DNA of 64,000 nucleotides from Candidatus Woesearchaeota archaeon (GTDB lineage: Archaea; Nanobdellota; Nanobdellia; Woesearchaeales; GW2011-AR4), in NCBI GenBank assembly GCA_016185945.1, contig JACPMR010000002.1, positions 10,999-74,998 on the forward strand. The letters are read 5' to 3'. A model generated the notes under the pieces. It had not been told where the DNA came from. It worked only from the letters and a program-made list of their open reading frames with translations, and ran no database searches. Each line of letters begins with the position of its first letter. The first letter of the stretch is position 1. This document shows, one piece after another, positions 1 through 9,984 of the stretch. The position numbers were made by a program, and so were the translations under genes.

Positions 1-1455
1 TTCCAGCTCTTTTTCAGTTTCAACGACATTTTTTATTTTGTACAAAAACCACTTGTCGATTTTTGTCAACTCATAAATTTTATCGATTGATATGCCTCTT
101 TTGATTGCCTCGACAATCACAAGCAGCCTTTTGTCTGTTGGAGTTTTCAGTTCTTTCTCGATGTCATTAAAAGTCAGATTGTTTCCAACAAGCCCATGAA
201 GATTTATGCCAAGCATTCTTATTGCCTTTTGAACTGTTTCCTCAAATTTCCTGCCGATTGCCATTACTTCCCCAACGCTTTTCATCTCAGAGCCAATCTC
301 AAAGCTCACATTCCTGAACTTCTGCAAGTCCCATCTCGGGATTTTGACGACAATATAGTCCAATGCCGGCTCGAAGCAGCTTTTTGTCACTTTTGTTATT
401 TGATTTTCTAATTCAATTAAAGAATATCCCAAAGCTAATTTTGCAGCTACAAATGCCAGCGGATAGCCTGTTGCCTTTGATGCAAGCGCAGAGCTTCTTG
501 ATAATCTTGCATTTACTTCTATGATTCTGTAATCCTCAGAGTAAGGGTCAAGGGCAAACTGTATATTGCATTCCCCGACAATTCCAAGATGCCTTATGAC
601 TTTGATTGAAATTTCCCTTAATTTATGGTATTCATTGTTTGTCAGAGTTTGAGATGGAGCAACAACAATGCTTTCTCCTGTATGGATTCCCATGGGATCA
701 AAGTTTTCCATGTTGCAGACGGTGATGCAGTTGTCGTAAGCATCCCTTACAACTTCATACTCAATTTCTTTCCAGCCGCCAAGGTATTTTTCAACAAGAA
801 CTTGAGAAGAGTAAGCAAAAGCGCGCTTTGCTTTGTTTATTAATTCTTCTTCATTCAATGCAGTTCCAGAGCCCTGCCCGCCTAAAGCGTAAGCAACCCT
901 TAGCATTATCGGATATTTTAGTTTTCTGGCAACATCAACTGCTTCTTCGACGCTTGTAACTGCTTCACTTTCAGGCACTTTAAGGTTTATTTCATTCAAT
1001 TTTTTGACAAATAATTCCCTATCCTCAGTATTTTTTATTGCATCAATCTGTGTGCCTAAAACTTTTACGTTGCATTTTTCAAAAATACCATTGTCTGCCA
1101 GTGCAACTCCGCAGTTCAATAACTTTTTCAACAAAATATGGGGTAACAGGAAGAAAATAGATTTTGTCTGCCATGCCTTCGCTAGATTGAATAGTAGCTA
1201 TATTTGGATTTATCAAAATACTCTTTATCCCTTCTTCCTTTAGTGCTTTTAGGCATTGAGAACCGGAGTAGTCGAATTGGCGTCTTTAGCAGATCTCGCC
1301 GGCCTCTCCGATTTTGACTTTGCCTAGATTAAATGCCTAATCTAATGTGCACCGCTGCCTAAGACAAGCACTTTTCTGGGCTTTTTTATCACATCGTTTA
1401 CCTCCGTTCTTAACTTATCAAATCTTTGTAAAAGGGCATAGTCTTTCTTTATCAT
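1..1455 (-). CDS. carB: carbamoyl-phosphate synthase large subunit (CarB), N-terminal ~480 codons; runs off window at position 1; 5' region frame-disrupted (see findings)
   Basis: ATG at 1455 overlaps carA stop (ATGA). N-terminus [36 protein letters not shown]. Then FDYSGSQ...[16 protein letters not shown]. One continuous frame from ~1118 to 1 with motifs [42 protein letters not shown]. In-frame stops in all frames between ~1262-1345 and a frame change near 1090-1118. Confidence 0.75.
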
Positions 1456-2528
1456 TTCCTCCTCTTCACAAACTCATCAAACAGAAACTCTGTATCATAA
1501 GGGCCGGGAGTGCTTTCTGGATGAAATTGACAAGAAAAAAAAGGCTTTGTATTATGCCTTATTCCTTCATTCGTGCCGTCGTTTGCATTAATAAAAAATT
1601 CCTGCCACTCATTGCTTAAAGATTCCATGTCAACAGCAAATCCATGATTTTGGGTTGTGATAAAACATCTTTTTGTCCCAACAAGTGTACAAGGTTGGTT
1701 TTGCGAGCGATGCCCATACTTTAGTTTGTAAGTATCGCCACCTGCTGCCAGCGCCATCAATTGGTTGCCAAGGCAGATTCCAAATGTTGGGATATTTTGA
1801 TTTAGGGCTTTGCTCACATTCTCTATTGTTTTCTTGCACATTTTAGGGTCGCCAGGACCATTGGAAATCAATAATCCATCAAAATCTAGTTTCAGAAAAT
1901 CATAGTCATATGGGACCCTCACAACAGTCAAATCTCTCTTAATCAAATTTCTGATTATGTTATTTTTAATGCCACAGTCAACAACAACGATTTTTTTGTT
2001 TACATTTTTTTCATTATAAACAATTGGCTTTTCTAGTGTGACTTCTTTTACAATATCTATTACGTTTGGATCATAAAAGTTAATATCCTCATTTTCAAAA
2101 ACTATTTTTCCAAGCATTGCGCCTTTCTCCCTTAATGTTTTTGTTAATTTTCTTGTATCAATGCCATAAATTGCTGGAATATTTTCTTCTTTTAGCCAGT
2201 CAGCCAAACTTTTTTTTGCATTCCAATGTGAATACTCAAAAGAATAGTCGGAAATAACTAATGCCTGAACTTGAATTTTATCGGATTCAAAATTCTTTAA
2301 CAGGCTATCCTCTTTTTCTTTTCCAGGCACGCCATAATTCCCGATTAATGGATAAGTTAAAGCAAGAATCTGCCCTTTATAGCTTGGGTCGGTCAATGAC
2401 TCAGGATAGCCGACCATTCCTGTGTTAAAAACTGCTTCGCCTGAAACAGAATGCTCCGCTCCAAAAGAAAAACCATTGAACTCGTCGCCGTTTTCTAGAA
2501 TAAGCTTGACTTCTTTAATGCCGTCCAT
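1452..2528 (-). CDS. carA: carbamoyl-phosphate synthase small subunit (glutamine amidotransferase)
   Basis: 358 aa. CarA N-domain followed by a class I GATase region (GICLGNQLMALAAGG, FHPES). Confidence 0.9.
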   Translation of the reverse strand: MDGIKEVKLILENGDEFNGFSFGAEHSVSGEAVFNTGMVGYPESLTDPSYKGQILALTYPLIGNYGVPGKEKEDSLLKNFESDKIQVQALVISDYSFEYSHWNAKKSLADWLKEENIPAIYGIDTRKLTKTLREKGAMLGKIVFENEDINFYDPNVIDIVKEVTLEKPIVYNEKNVNKKIVVVDCGIKNNIIRNLIKRDLTVVRVPYDYDFLKLDFDGLLISNGPGDPKMCKKTIENVSKALNQNIPTFGICLGNQLMALAAGGDTYKLKYGHRSQNQPCTLVGTKRCFITTQNHGFAVDMESLSNEWQEFFINANDGTNEGIRHNTKPFFSCQFHPESTPGPYDTEFLFDEFVKRRK

Positions 2529-2688
2529 TAAAAAAGGGAGATAGTATGAAGTTGTTAATAAAGGTTGCGGTTTATCTTTTTTAAGGTGCCAAAATGAGTG
2601 AAAAATTATATAGAAATTAGTGTTATTATTACTTTTTAGTAAATAATTAAAAAAGATTTATAAATTGATTATGCTAAATCATAGGTAA

Positions 2689-3615
2689 ATGACAAGTCAA
2701 ACTACTTTAAATCGGAGATATACTACTGATAGATTATATGATATAGTTTTGGCTGAAGCCAAAAATTTCCTAGTCCTTCCTGACGACGTGGCAAAATTGT
2801 GCTTGCAGGACGAACAAAGAACCAAAGCTTTGATGGATATAATATCTGAAACAACGTTGCCTGATACATTAGGAGCAGATATTGGCGCAGGTTCCGGAAT
2901 ACTAGGCTTTGCTTTTCTTAATGCGGGTGGTAGGTATTTGTTCAGTGTTGAAAAATCACCTAGATGGGCTGATTTTATTCGAAAACTCGCTTATCAATTA
3001 GGGTTTCATGAACAAATGAAAGTTTATACCGCCGATGCAACAACTGTTAGGCTGGAACCACACCCTCCAATTGATTATGTTATTGCCGAACTTGTCAGTA
3101 CTGGCTTAAGCCGTGAGCCATTGGTACAGGCTGTGAAAAATATAAGGCAGTATGCTTCTCCTAATGCAATCTATTTACCTTTATGGGTTATTTCAGAAAT
3201 TGTAGTTCATACCGGACGAAGGAGCGGAAATGGTTCAAAACCTCTTACAAAACCAAAAATATATGACGTGGTTCATATGCCTTCTGTATCGGCAACAGGA
3301 GTGGATTGCGAAGTCGAATTAGAAGCAATTAATGAAGGAAAGCCAGAGCATGTTGCTTTAGATACAACTCTTATAGGCCCAAATGGATTGCCAATAGGAA
3401 AATTTGATACACTCTGTGGCTCTTTTTCAGTTCCCTTAAGCTTCGAAGATCCTTCAGCTTCTTTGCTTGTAAAAATGGCAGGTCCATTTACTACTCCAAA
3501 GGTCTCGATTGGGCAAAGGATTATTGTTCGTATTGATTATCAATATGGTGAAGTAATAGATTGTGAATATGGCAGGCCACAAAAAACATTTCGATGGTCT
3601 TGTAGAAAGTTGTAA
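2689..3615 (+). CDS. class I SAM-dependent methyltransferase with PRMT-like architecture (MTase fold plus C-terminal beta domain)
   Basis: Motif I DIGAGSGILGFAF, post-I FSVEKSP, motif II IDYVIAELVSTGL. 308 aa, similar length and order to protein arginine methyltransferases. Opposite strand to the flanking car/arg genes. Confidence 0.5.
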   Translation: MTSQTTLNRRYTTDRLYDIVLAEAKNFLVLPDDVAKLCLQDEQRTKALMDIISETTLPDTLGADIGAGSGILGFAFLNAGGRYLFSVEKSPRWADFIRKLAYQLGFHEQMKVYTADATTVRLEPHPPIDYVIAELVSTGLSREPLVQAVKNIRQYASPNAIYLPLWVISEIVVHTGRRSGNGSKPLTKPKIYDVVHMPSVSATGVDCEVELEAINEGKPEHVALDTTLIGPNGLPIGKFDTLCGSFSVPLSFEDPSASLLVKMAGPFTTPKVSIGQRIIVRIDYQYGEVIDCEYGRPQKTFRWSCRKL

Positions 3616-3648
3616 CTAATAAAGTGCTTCTATAATTTTTAAGAAATT

Positions 3649-4983
3649 TTATTTGAAATTTGAAGGTTTTTTCTGCATATAATTGACGGCTTTTTCCGCT
3701 TCTCCAAAAGTTAATCCTATCCAATATCCGGCATACAATTCTCCATCCACACCAATAAATTTCTGGCTTCCATCTGCTATTTTTCGATATAATATTTCGG
3801 TCGCATCTCTGGAGAATTTTGTTCTCCAAAAAACTTTTGGCCCTATGCGATGTATTATATCAGTGGCTAAGCCATTTCCCCTGTAGCCATTATCTGTAAC
3901 AAGTATATCAAGATAAGGTATTCCATCCACAGCATTGAGCATTACTATACCTAATCCTTTGGCGTGTCTTTCTAAGTAAACAAATTTTTGCCCATTTACA
4001 AAATAATCATCCACAAGTTTTTGCCCAAAATTTCTTTCTGTTATATCTTTGATAACTCTTTGATTTACATTTGCTAAAGATATAGGTTCATTAATAACAT
4101 AACCCAATCTCACCAAAGTTCCCTTACCTTTATGTGTAAATAATTCAAAAGGTATATCACCTGGCTTTGTTATTTGTACACTTTTATCATCACCATTAAT
4201 CCTCATTTCCAAGCTTCTTTTAGCTTCTATTACTTTCTTTAGAGCTCCCTGAGTTACAATTCCTTGCTCTACCAATCTTTCAAAATCTCTTCTTAGTACA
4301 ATTTCATCGATTGTACGTCCTATTGCAACATCTGGATTGTCAAGAATCCCATGTGTTGAAGTCAACAAAAGGTATTTAACTGGGTCAATCGCTTCTACTA
4401 ATTTTGCGCCTACTGTATCTCCGTTAATATTAAACAGCTTAACCCCGCCAGCTGAAACTCCAATAGGAGAAAGAACAGGTATCATGGCTTGTGAAGCCAA
4501 CTGCAGTAATGGTTGTGGATTAATAAGGACAATTTCTCCATTATGGGCGCCATAGCCAGAGTCCTGTTTATCTTTTGTGATTATAACCTTTGCTTCGTAT
4601 TCTACACCAGCCACAGGAGTTCCTTTTGATGCTATAGCTTTTACCAGCCTTTGTCTCGTTTCAGAAGCAACTTCTAAAACATGTGGAAATACCTCCTCAT
4701 CAGTATATCTATCTTCCTCGGGGGTGAAAACTGTTGCTATCCCTTTTGCCTCCAATCTCTTTGTTAAAGTTTTGCCCCATCCATGAACAACAATCGGAAT
4801 TAAGCCCAGTTTTGACAGAAACGCCAAATCATTAGCTATGCTTTCGAGGTCATTTTCTAAACACTCTCCACCTATTTTCAGAACTGCGAATCTCCCAGGT
4901 TGTGCCTGTCTGAAGAGACTCCAGTAATAAAATGCTTCTTCATGTTTTATTCTTCCCAGCAAATCTACTACATTATCAATCAT
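3649..4983 (-). CDS. argA: amino-acid N-acetyltransferase (N-acetylglutamate synthase, two-domain bacterial type: amino-acid kinase domain plus GNAT)
   Basis: AAK-fold motifs VLKIGGE, VVHGWG. C-terminal GNAT motif YRGNGLATD. 444 aa. Confidence 0.7.
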   Translation of the reverse strand: MIDNVVDLLGRIKHEEAFYYWSLFRQAQPGRFAVLKIGGECLENDLESIANDLAFLSKLGLIPIVVHGWGKTLTKRLEAKGIATVFTPEEDRYTDEEVFPHVLEVASETRQRLVKAIASKGTPVAGVEYEAKVIITKDKQDSGYGAHNGEIVLINPQPLLQLASQAMIPVLSPIGVSAGGVKLFNINGDTVGAKLVEAIDPVKYLLLTSTHGILDNPDVAIGRTIDEIVLRRDFERLVEQGIVTQGALKKVIEAKRSLEMRINGDDKSVQITKPGDIPFELFTHKGKGTLVRLGYVINEPISLANVNQRVIKDITERNFGQKLVDDYFVNGQKFVYLERHAKGLGIVMLNAVDGIPYLDILVTDNGYRGNGLATDIIHRIGPKVFWRTKFSRDATEILYRKIADGSQKFIGVDGELYAGYWIGLTFGEAEKAVNYMQKKPSNFK

Positions 4984-6331
4984 TTTTATTTACTAATGAT
5001 TTAGCTTTAGAACTAAATTTTTCAATTTCAGTGTCAATTTTCTTTTGCAATAATTTAATTTTCTCCTTTATCTTCTCCAACCCCAAATTTCCAGTTGCTC
5101 CAATATGTTTTTTTGATTGAATATTTTTTATTGGGTTGATTTTTGGCAATTTGTTTATGTTCTTTGCAGTTTGCTTATAGGCATCTCTAAACGGAATTCC
5201 TTTTTTTACTAATTCATAAGCATGCTCTGTGGCAAATAAGTCTGGTGTGCATGCTGAAATACACTTGTCTTTGTTGACTTGGATTTTCTCAATGACTATT
5301 TTGAATATATTTAATGCTGAAAGTGCAATTTCAAAACTTTCCATAAGCGGCTCTTTTGTTAGCTGCAAATCCCTATTGTAGCCAGACTGCAATTTTGATA
5401 TGATGCTCTTTACTAAATATAAGTTTGAATCAACTTTTGCTGCTTTTGCGCGTGTTAATTCAAATACGTCAGGATTTTTCTTTTGAGGCATTATAGAACT
5501 GCCTGTGCAGAATTCATCTGGAAGCTTGAAAAATCCAAATCCATCCATACTGAATAATATTAAATCATTCGATAATCTTGCCAAATCATTCATTACATTG
5601 CTTAATGCGAAGATCGTAACAGATTCGAATTTGCCTCTACTATTTTGAACGTAAAGAACATTATTCTGAACTTTTTCAAACCCGAGCAAGTCTGCAACTA
5701 ATTGCCTATCTACATTCAAAGACAAACCATAACCTGCTCCGCTGCCTAATGGAGATTGATTATTGAGGTTATAGGCTTCTTCCAATAATCCCGAATCATC
5801 AATTAACGATTCTGCAAAGCTTCCAAAATACAATCCAACGGAGCTTGGCATTGCCTTTCTTGAATGAGTGTAACCTGGCATAGGAATATCTTTGTATTTT
5901 TCTGCAGCATTAACTAGAACAGATGCTAATTCTAAAGTCAGTTTTTGAACTTCAAGCAGTTTTTCTTTTGAATATAATCTTATATCAACTAGAACTTGGT
6001 CGTTTCTTGAGCGGGCAGTATGGATTTTCTTGCCCAAATCTCCCAATTTTTTTATAAGGTAGTTTTCTATTGATGTATGAACATCTTCATCTTCAAGTTT
6101 TATCTCAAATTGATTTTTTTGATGCAATTCCATAATTTCAATCAATGCTTTTTTCAATTTTTGAAGTTCATTTTTTGATAGAATTCCGATTTTTTCCAGC
6201 ATTATTGCATGCGCAATGCTTCCATAAACATCATATTTCACTAGATTTTTGTCTATTAAAAAATCATTTCCAACAGTGAATTTTTCAATTTCTTTGTTTA
6301 AGCTGTAGTCCTTTTGCCAGAGTTTTGACAT
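4976..6331 (-). CDS. argH: argininosuccinate lyase
   Basis: Fumarase/ASL signature GSSIMPQKKNPD. 451 aa. Confidence 0.9.
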   Translation of the reverse strand: MSKLWQKDYSLNKEIEKFTVGNDFLIDKNLVKYDVYGSIAHAIMLEKIGILSKNELQKLKKALIEIMELHQKNQFEIKLEDEDVHTSIENYLIKKLGDLGKKIHTARSRNDQVLVDIRLYSKEKLLEVQKLTLELASVLVNAAEKYKDIPMPGYTHSRKAMPSSVGLYFGSFAESLIDDSGLLEEAYNLNNQSPLGSGAGYGLSLNVDRQLVADLLGFEKVQNNVLYVQNSRGKFESVTIFALSNVMNDLARLSNDLILFSMDGFGFFKLPDEFCTGSSIMPQKKNPDVFELTRAKAAKVDSNLYLVKSIISKLQSGYNRDLQLTKEPLMESFEIALSALNIFKIVIEKIQVNKDKCISACTPDLFATEHAYELVKKGIPFRDAYKQTAKNINKLPKINPIKNIQSKKHIGATGNLGLEKIKEKIKLLQKKIDTEIEKFSSKAKSLVNKND

Positions 6332-6336
6332 TTTAT

Positions 6337-7176
6337 TTAATGTACAAGTTCTGCCACCCTCGAAAGTATCTCAACATTTGTGGCTATAATTCTTGCTTGA
6401 TCAGCTAGATTATATCTGCCATCAGCAATAAATACAGCGGGGACTTCAAGTGCAAAGTTGACTGTGCGATGCTCTTTTGCAAACTCTAGTATAGTGAAGT
6501 CATTATGCGCTGGTGCATATACATGTTTTCGTATTTCTTGAAAACCACTTGCTATTGGTACACATCCCTCTCGAATAGGATTCCCATTTGCTCTGATAAC
6601 TTCGATTAACAATCTTTCTATTTCTCTTTGCAGTTCTGATTCAATAGGTGCCGTAATTATAATATAAGGTTCGCCTACACAATTATGAATGTCTATTACA
6701 ACTAACGAGTTAGCTACTATATGTTCAATCTCTCCAATAAAAGATGGTTTTTGAACATGACTTCCGTAGCCCCAGTGACCCCACTTAGGATATAAATTAC
6801 CTATATTTTCGCTTTCTAAAAATTGATAAAACATAAAGTTTAACAAATTTTGGTCGCCATCACTTAATGCTCTAGTTTTTCCAACTTTTTTGTACATAGT
6901 ATCAAACATGTCAGCGTTAACCACAGGCGCAGCACTCATTGGAGCTCCGCTTGCAAGTGTCTCCAATACCGACTGATAAGTACCAAAAATTTCATTTGCG
7001 TGATGCATTGCAGTAACACATAGTCTTCCTCCAGCCCTAAATAAGTAAACTCTTTGCTCCTCTCCTTTTCCAGCGTCAATTAATTTTCCTTTTCCAGAGA
7101 CTGCAAGTCTTTTCAAAGGCTCGACAACAAATCTTTGATAATAACTCATTTTAATCAGCTTTTTTATGCGCTTCAT
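6337..7176 (-). CDS. succinylglutamate desuccinylase/aspartoacylase (AstE/AspA) family zinc deacylase-like protein
   Basis: VTAMHHANEIFG resembles the GxHGNE zinc-binding motif of the AstE/AspA (M14-like) family. 279 aa. Sits between argH and argG with an overlapping stop/start at 7176. Confidence 0.4.
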   Translation of the reverse strand: MKRIKKLIKMSYYQRFVVEPLKRLAVSGKGKLIDAGKGEEQRVYLFRAGGRLCVTAMHHANEIFGTYQSVLETLASGAPMSAAPVVNADMFDTMYKKVGKTRALSDGDQNLLNFMFYQFLESENIGNLYPKWGHWGYGSHVQKPSFIGEIEHIVANSLVVIDIHNCVGEPYIIITAPIESELQREIERLLIEVIRANGNPIREGCVPIASGFQEIRKHVYAPAHNDFTILEFAKEHRTVNFALEVPAVFIADGRYNLADQARIIATNVEILSRVAELVH

Positions 7177-8396
7177 TATCTCTTATTCCTCAGAGAACTA
7201 GCCTTTAATCTCAAAGCATTTAATCTGATAAAACCTAAAGCATCTTTTTGGTCGTAGCCGCCTAAAACATCCATGCTGCTTAAGTCCTGATTGTATAATG
7301 ATTCATTTGATTCTCTGCCTATAACCATGCAGTTTCCTTTGTACAAAGACAAATGGACTGTTCCACTTACATGCTCTTGGCTTTTGTCGAATGCTGCTCT
7401 CAAAAAGTCCATCTCAGGAGAGTACCAAAATCCATAGTAGATTAATTCTGCAAACTTTGGCATTAGCATTTCACGCAGATGCATCACTTCTCTGTCTAAT
7501 GTAATGCCTTCTATATCGCGATGCGCGATGTGCAATATTGTCCCTGCCGGCGTCTCATAAACTCCCCTTGACTTCAGGCCCACAAAGCGGTTTTCAACCA
7601 TGTCAATCCTGCCAATGCCGTTTTCGCCGCCAATTTTGTTCAAATATTGGAATAACTCCAATGGCTTTGCCTTTATAGTGCCATCATTTTTGTTTGTCAC
7701 CTTTACCGGATTTCCACTCTTAAATTCAATCTCTATTATTGTTTCCTGATCGGGCGCATCTTTCGGGCTTTTGGTCATCTCAAACATTTCTTCGCTTGGC
7801 GTTAAATTCGGGTCTTCCAAAATGCCTGCTTCATAACTGATATGCATTAAGTTTGCATCTGTGCTGTAAGGAGCTTCTTTAGTTGCTTTCACTGGAATTC
7901 CGTTTTTATTGGCAAATTCTATCATATCAGAGCGCCCTTTGAATTGTGACAAGAATTCTGCATCCTTCCAAGGCGCAATAATTTTTATTTTTGGGTTTAA
8001 TTTCATATAAGTAAGCTCAAATCTGACTTGGTCATTGCCTTTGCCAGTAGCGCCATGGCTTACGTATTCAGCATTTTCTTTTTCTGCAATTTCTATTTGC
8101 TTTTTTGCAATCAATGGTCTTGCCAAAGAAGTTCCCATTAGGTAGCGTCCTTCATAAACGGCATTTGCCCTTATTGCTGGAAATATGAAATCTGTGACAA
8201 ACTCTTCTTTCACATCTTCAATGTAAACTTTTGAAGCGCCTAATTTCAATGCCTTTTCCTTTGCTGCATCAAAATCTTCATTTTGCCCCAAATCAGCTAC
8301 AAATGCAACTACATCAAAGCCTTTATTAATCAACCATTTCAGGATTACAGATGTGTCCAAGCCCCCACTATAGGCTAAAACTACCTTTTGCTTCAT
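7176..8396 (-). CDS. argG: argininosuccinate synthase
   Basis: N-terminal PP-loop [10 protein letters not shown]. 406 aa. Confidence 0.92.
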   Translation of the reverse strand: MKQKVVLAYSGGLDTSVILKWLINKGFDVVAFVADLGQNEDFDAAKEKALKLGASKVYIEDVKEEFVTDFIFPAIRANAVYEGRYLMGTSLARPLIAKKQIEIAEKENAEYVSHGATGKGNDQVRFELTYMKLNPKIKIIAPWKDAEFLSQFKGRSDMIEFANKNGIPVKATKEAPYSTDANLMHISYEAGILEDPNLTPSEEMFEMTKSPKDAPDQETIIEIEFKSGNPVKVTNKNDGTIKAKPLELFQYLNKIGGENGIGRIDMVENRFVGLKSRGVYETPAGTILHIAHRDIEGITLDREVMHLREMLMPKFAELIYYGFWYSPEMDFLRAAFDKSQEHVSGTVHLSLYKGNCMVIGRESNESLYNQDLSSMDVLGGYDQKDALGFIRLNALRLKASSLRNKR

Positions 8397-8783
8397 TTAT
8401 CTATTAACTCCCCACTTGCATTGTCCAAATCCTCTGCCAGCAAATTATCAAAAAAATCTCCAGTTTTTGCAGAGTGAATTTTCGCGTTTTGTTTCATCAA
8501 ACATTACAGCATTAAATCTATTTTTAAATATGATGCCCGAACCAAAACAAAAATAAACAAAAATGTCCAAAACAAAACATTTAAATATTTGAATTGATTT
8601 TTATATTAAATGTGTAGTTTCGACACAATCAAAATATCAAAAACAAAATCAACAAACACGAGAGCGACTTTTGTATGCACAGCATGATAAAAGTGAACCG
8701 CTTGCGACAGTTCGCTTATATATTTACAATGGATAGGCGAAGGGGTTAAATGCCCCTGAGCAGTATCTTTTGCCGAAGGCAGT

Positions 8784-9455
8784 TTGAAAATATTAAAAAA
8801 ATTTAAAGTCTCCCTTAAAATGCCAAACATAACAAAATTAACAGAACAATACATTTTAGAACATCCTTCCATTAAAGATTGCCTGAAGAATGGCTTGATT
8901 AATTATTCCTCTTTATCACGACAGATTACCAGCGAATTGAATTTGAACTTAAAGAAAAACTTTGACGCGATATTGATAGCATGCCGCAGATTTAAATCCA
9001 AATTAAGGAAGGGGGAAGTTCATGAAAAAGAGATTTTGAAAATATTGAAGGACAGCAAGATTGAGATTAAGAACAAAATAGTGGCTGTGGTGCTGGAAAA
9101 GGATATTTACTTTGGGCATTTAATAAGCCTGGAAAAGGAAATCAAAAAGCAAAATGAAATTTTCAGAGTGATTGAGGGAGTTTCCGCAATAACAATAATA
9201 ACAACCGAGGAATTTTTAGATTCAATCAAAAAATATTTTAGGAACAAGATAATCCTGGAGAACAAAAATCTTGCGGAAATAACAATAAAAAGCCCAAAGG
9301 AAATTGAAACAACTCCTGGAACTTACGCTTATATGTCCTCATTATTTGGAGAAAACAACATAAATATAGTTGAAAGCTTAAGCTGCTGGACTGACACGAT
9401 TTTCCTTGTAAAAGAGGAGGATGCCGGGAAAGTGATTGGCTTGCTGAGATTTTGA
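8784..9455 (+). CDS. ACT-domain-containing putative amino-acid-binding regulatory protein (start more likely the internal Met near 8820)
   Basis: Two ACT-like beta-alpha-beta-beta-alpha-beta segments after an N-terminal helical region. Divergent from the arg genes. Confidence 0.4.
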   Translation: MKILKKFKVSLKMPNITKLTEQYILEHPSIKDCLKNGLINYSSLSRQITSELNLNLKKNFDAILIACRRFKSKLRKGEVHEKEILKILKDSKIEIKNKIVAVVLEKDIYFGHLISLEKEIKKQNEIFRVIEGVSAITIITTEEFLDSIKKYFRNKIILENKNLAEITIKSPKEIETTPGTYAYMSSLFGENNINIVESLSCWTDTIFLVKEEDAGKVIGLLRF

Positions 9456-9500
9456 TATAATCTGAATAAGTTTTTAAAGCTAGATTGGTTATTTTATGTA

Positions 9501-9983
9501 ATGCCAGTCCAAATAGGGGAATTATCTGATATAGTCGGACAAGATATTGCTAGTCATTTAGTATGTCAGGGTATATGTTCTGGCAGTTATTACGATTTTC
9601 TATTTTACATTCGGGAAGTTGATGACAAATTAATGCTTATAGGCGAAGCTTTGGTTCAAATAGACAGAACTAGAAAAGTAATAAGCTGGGAAAATTTTTA
9701 TCCGTTTCAACTGTTAAGGGGGTACGAAGGAAAAAAAGGTTGGGGAACATTGGCGCATGTATTAATTCTCCAGATGCTAATTGAAAATGAAGGCAATTTG
9801 ACTGGTTATATTGTAGAACATTCTAACAGCTTGGAAATTCAACGTATTGGACAGCTGGAAGCTATTGGTATTATACAAAAGGATGGTGTTTTTGCTGAAG
9901 AATTTTCATCCTACTACAGAAAATCAATTGACTATTTAAGAAGTAAGGGAATTAATTTTAAGCCAATCCAACTTGCACCCTAA
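9501..9983 (+). CDS. hypothetical protein (possible GNAT-like fold)
   Basis: 160-aa ORF. RGYEGKKGWGTLA resembles GNAT motif A, weakly. Confidence 0.3.
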   Translation: MPVQIGELSDIVGQDIASHLVCQGICSGSYYDFLFYIREVDDKLMLIGEALVQIDRTRKVISWENFYPFQLLRGYEGKKGWGTLAHVLILQMLIENEGNLTGYIVEHSNSLEIQRIGQLEAIGIIQKDGVFAEEFSSYYRKSIDYLRSKGINFKPIQLAP

Positions 9984-9984
9984 T

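Noticed and set aside
3521-3829. 102-aa minus-strand ORF bridging the methyltransferase and argA ends
   Set aside because: It overlaps two strongly supported genes. It is an artefact of an AT-rich stop-poor frame.
8606-8872. 88-aa minus-strand ORF in the arg/ACT intergenic region
   Set aside because: It overlaps the likely promoter/leader and the start of the ACT gene. Composition is non-coding-like.
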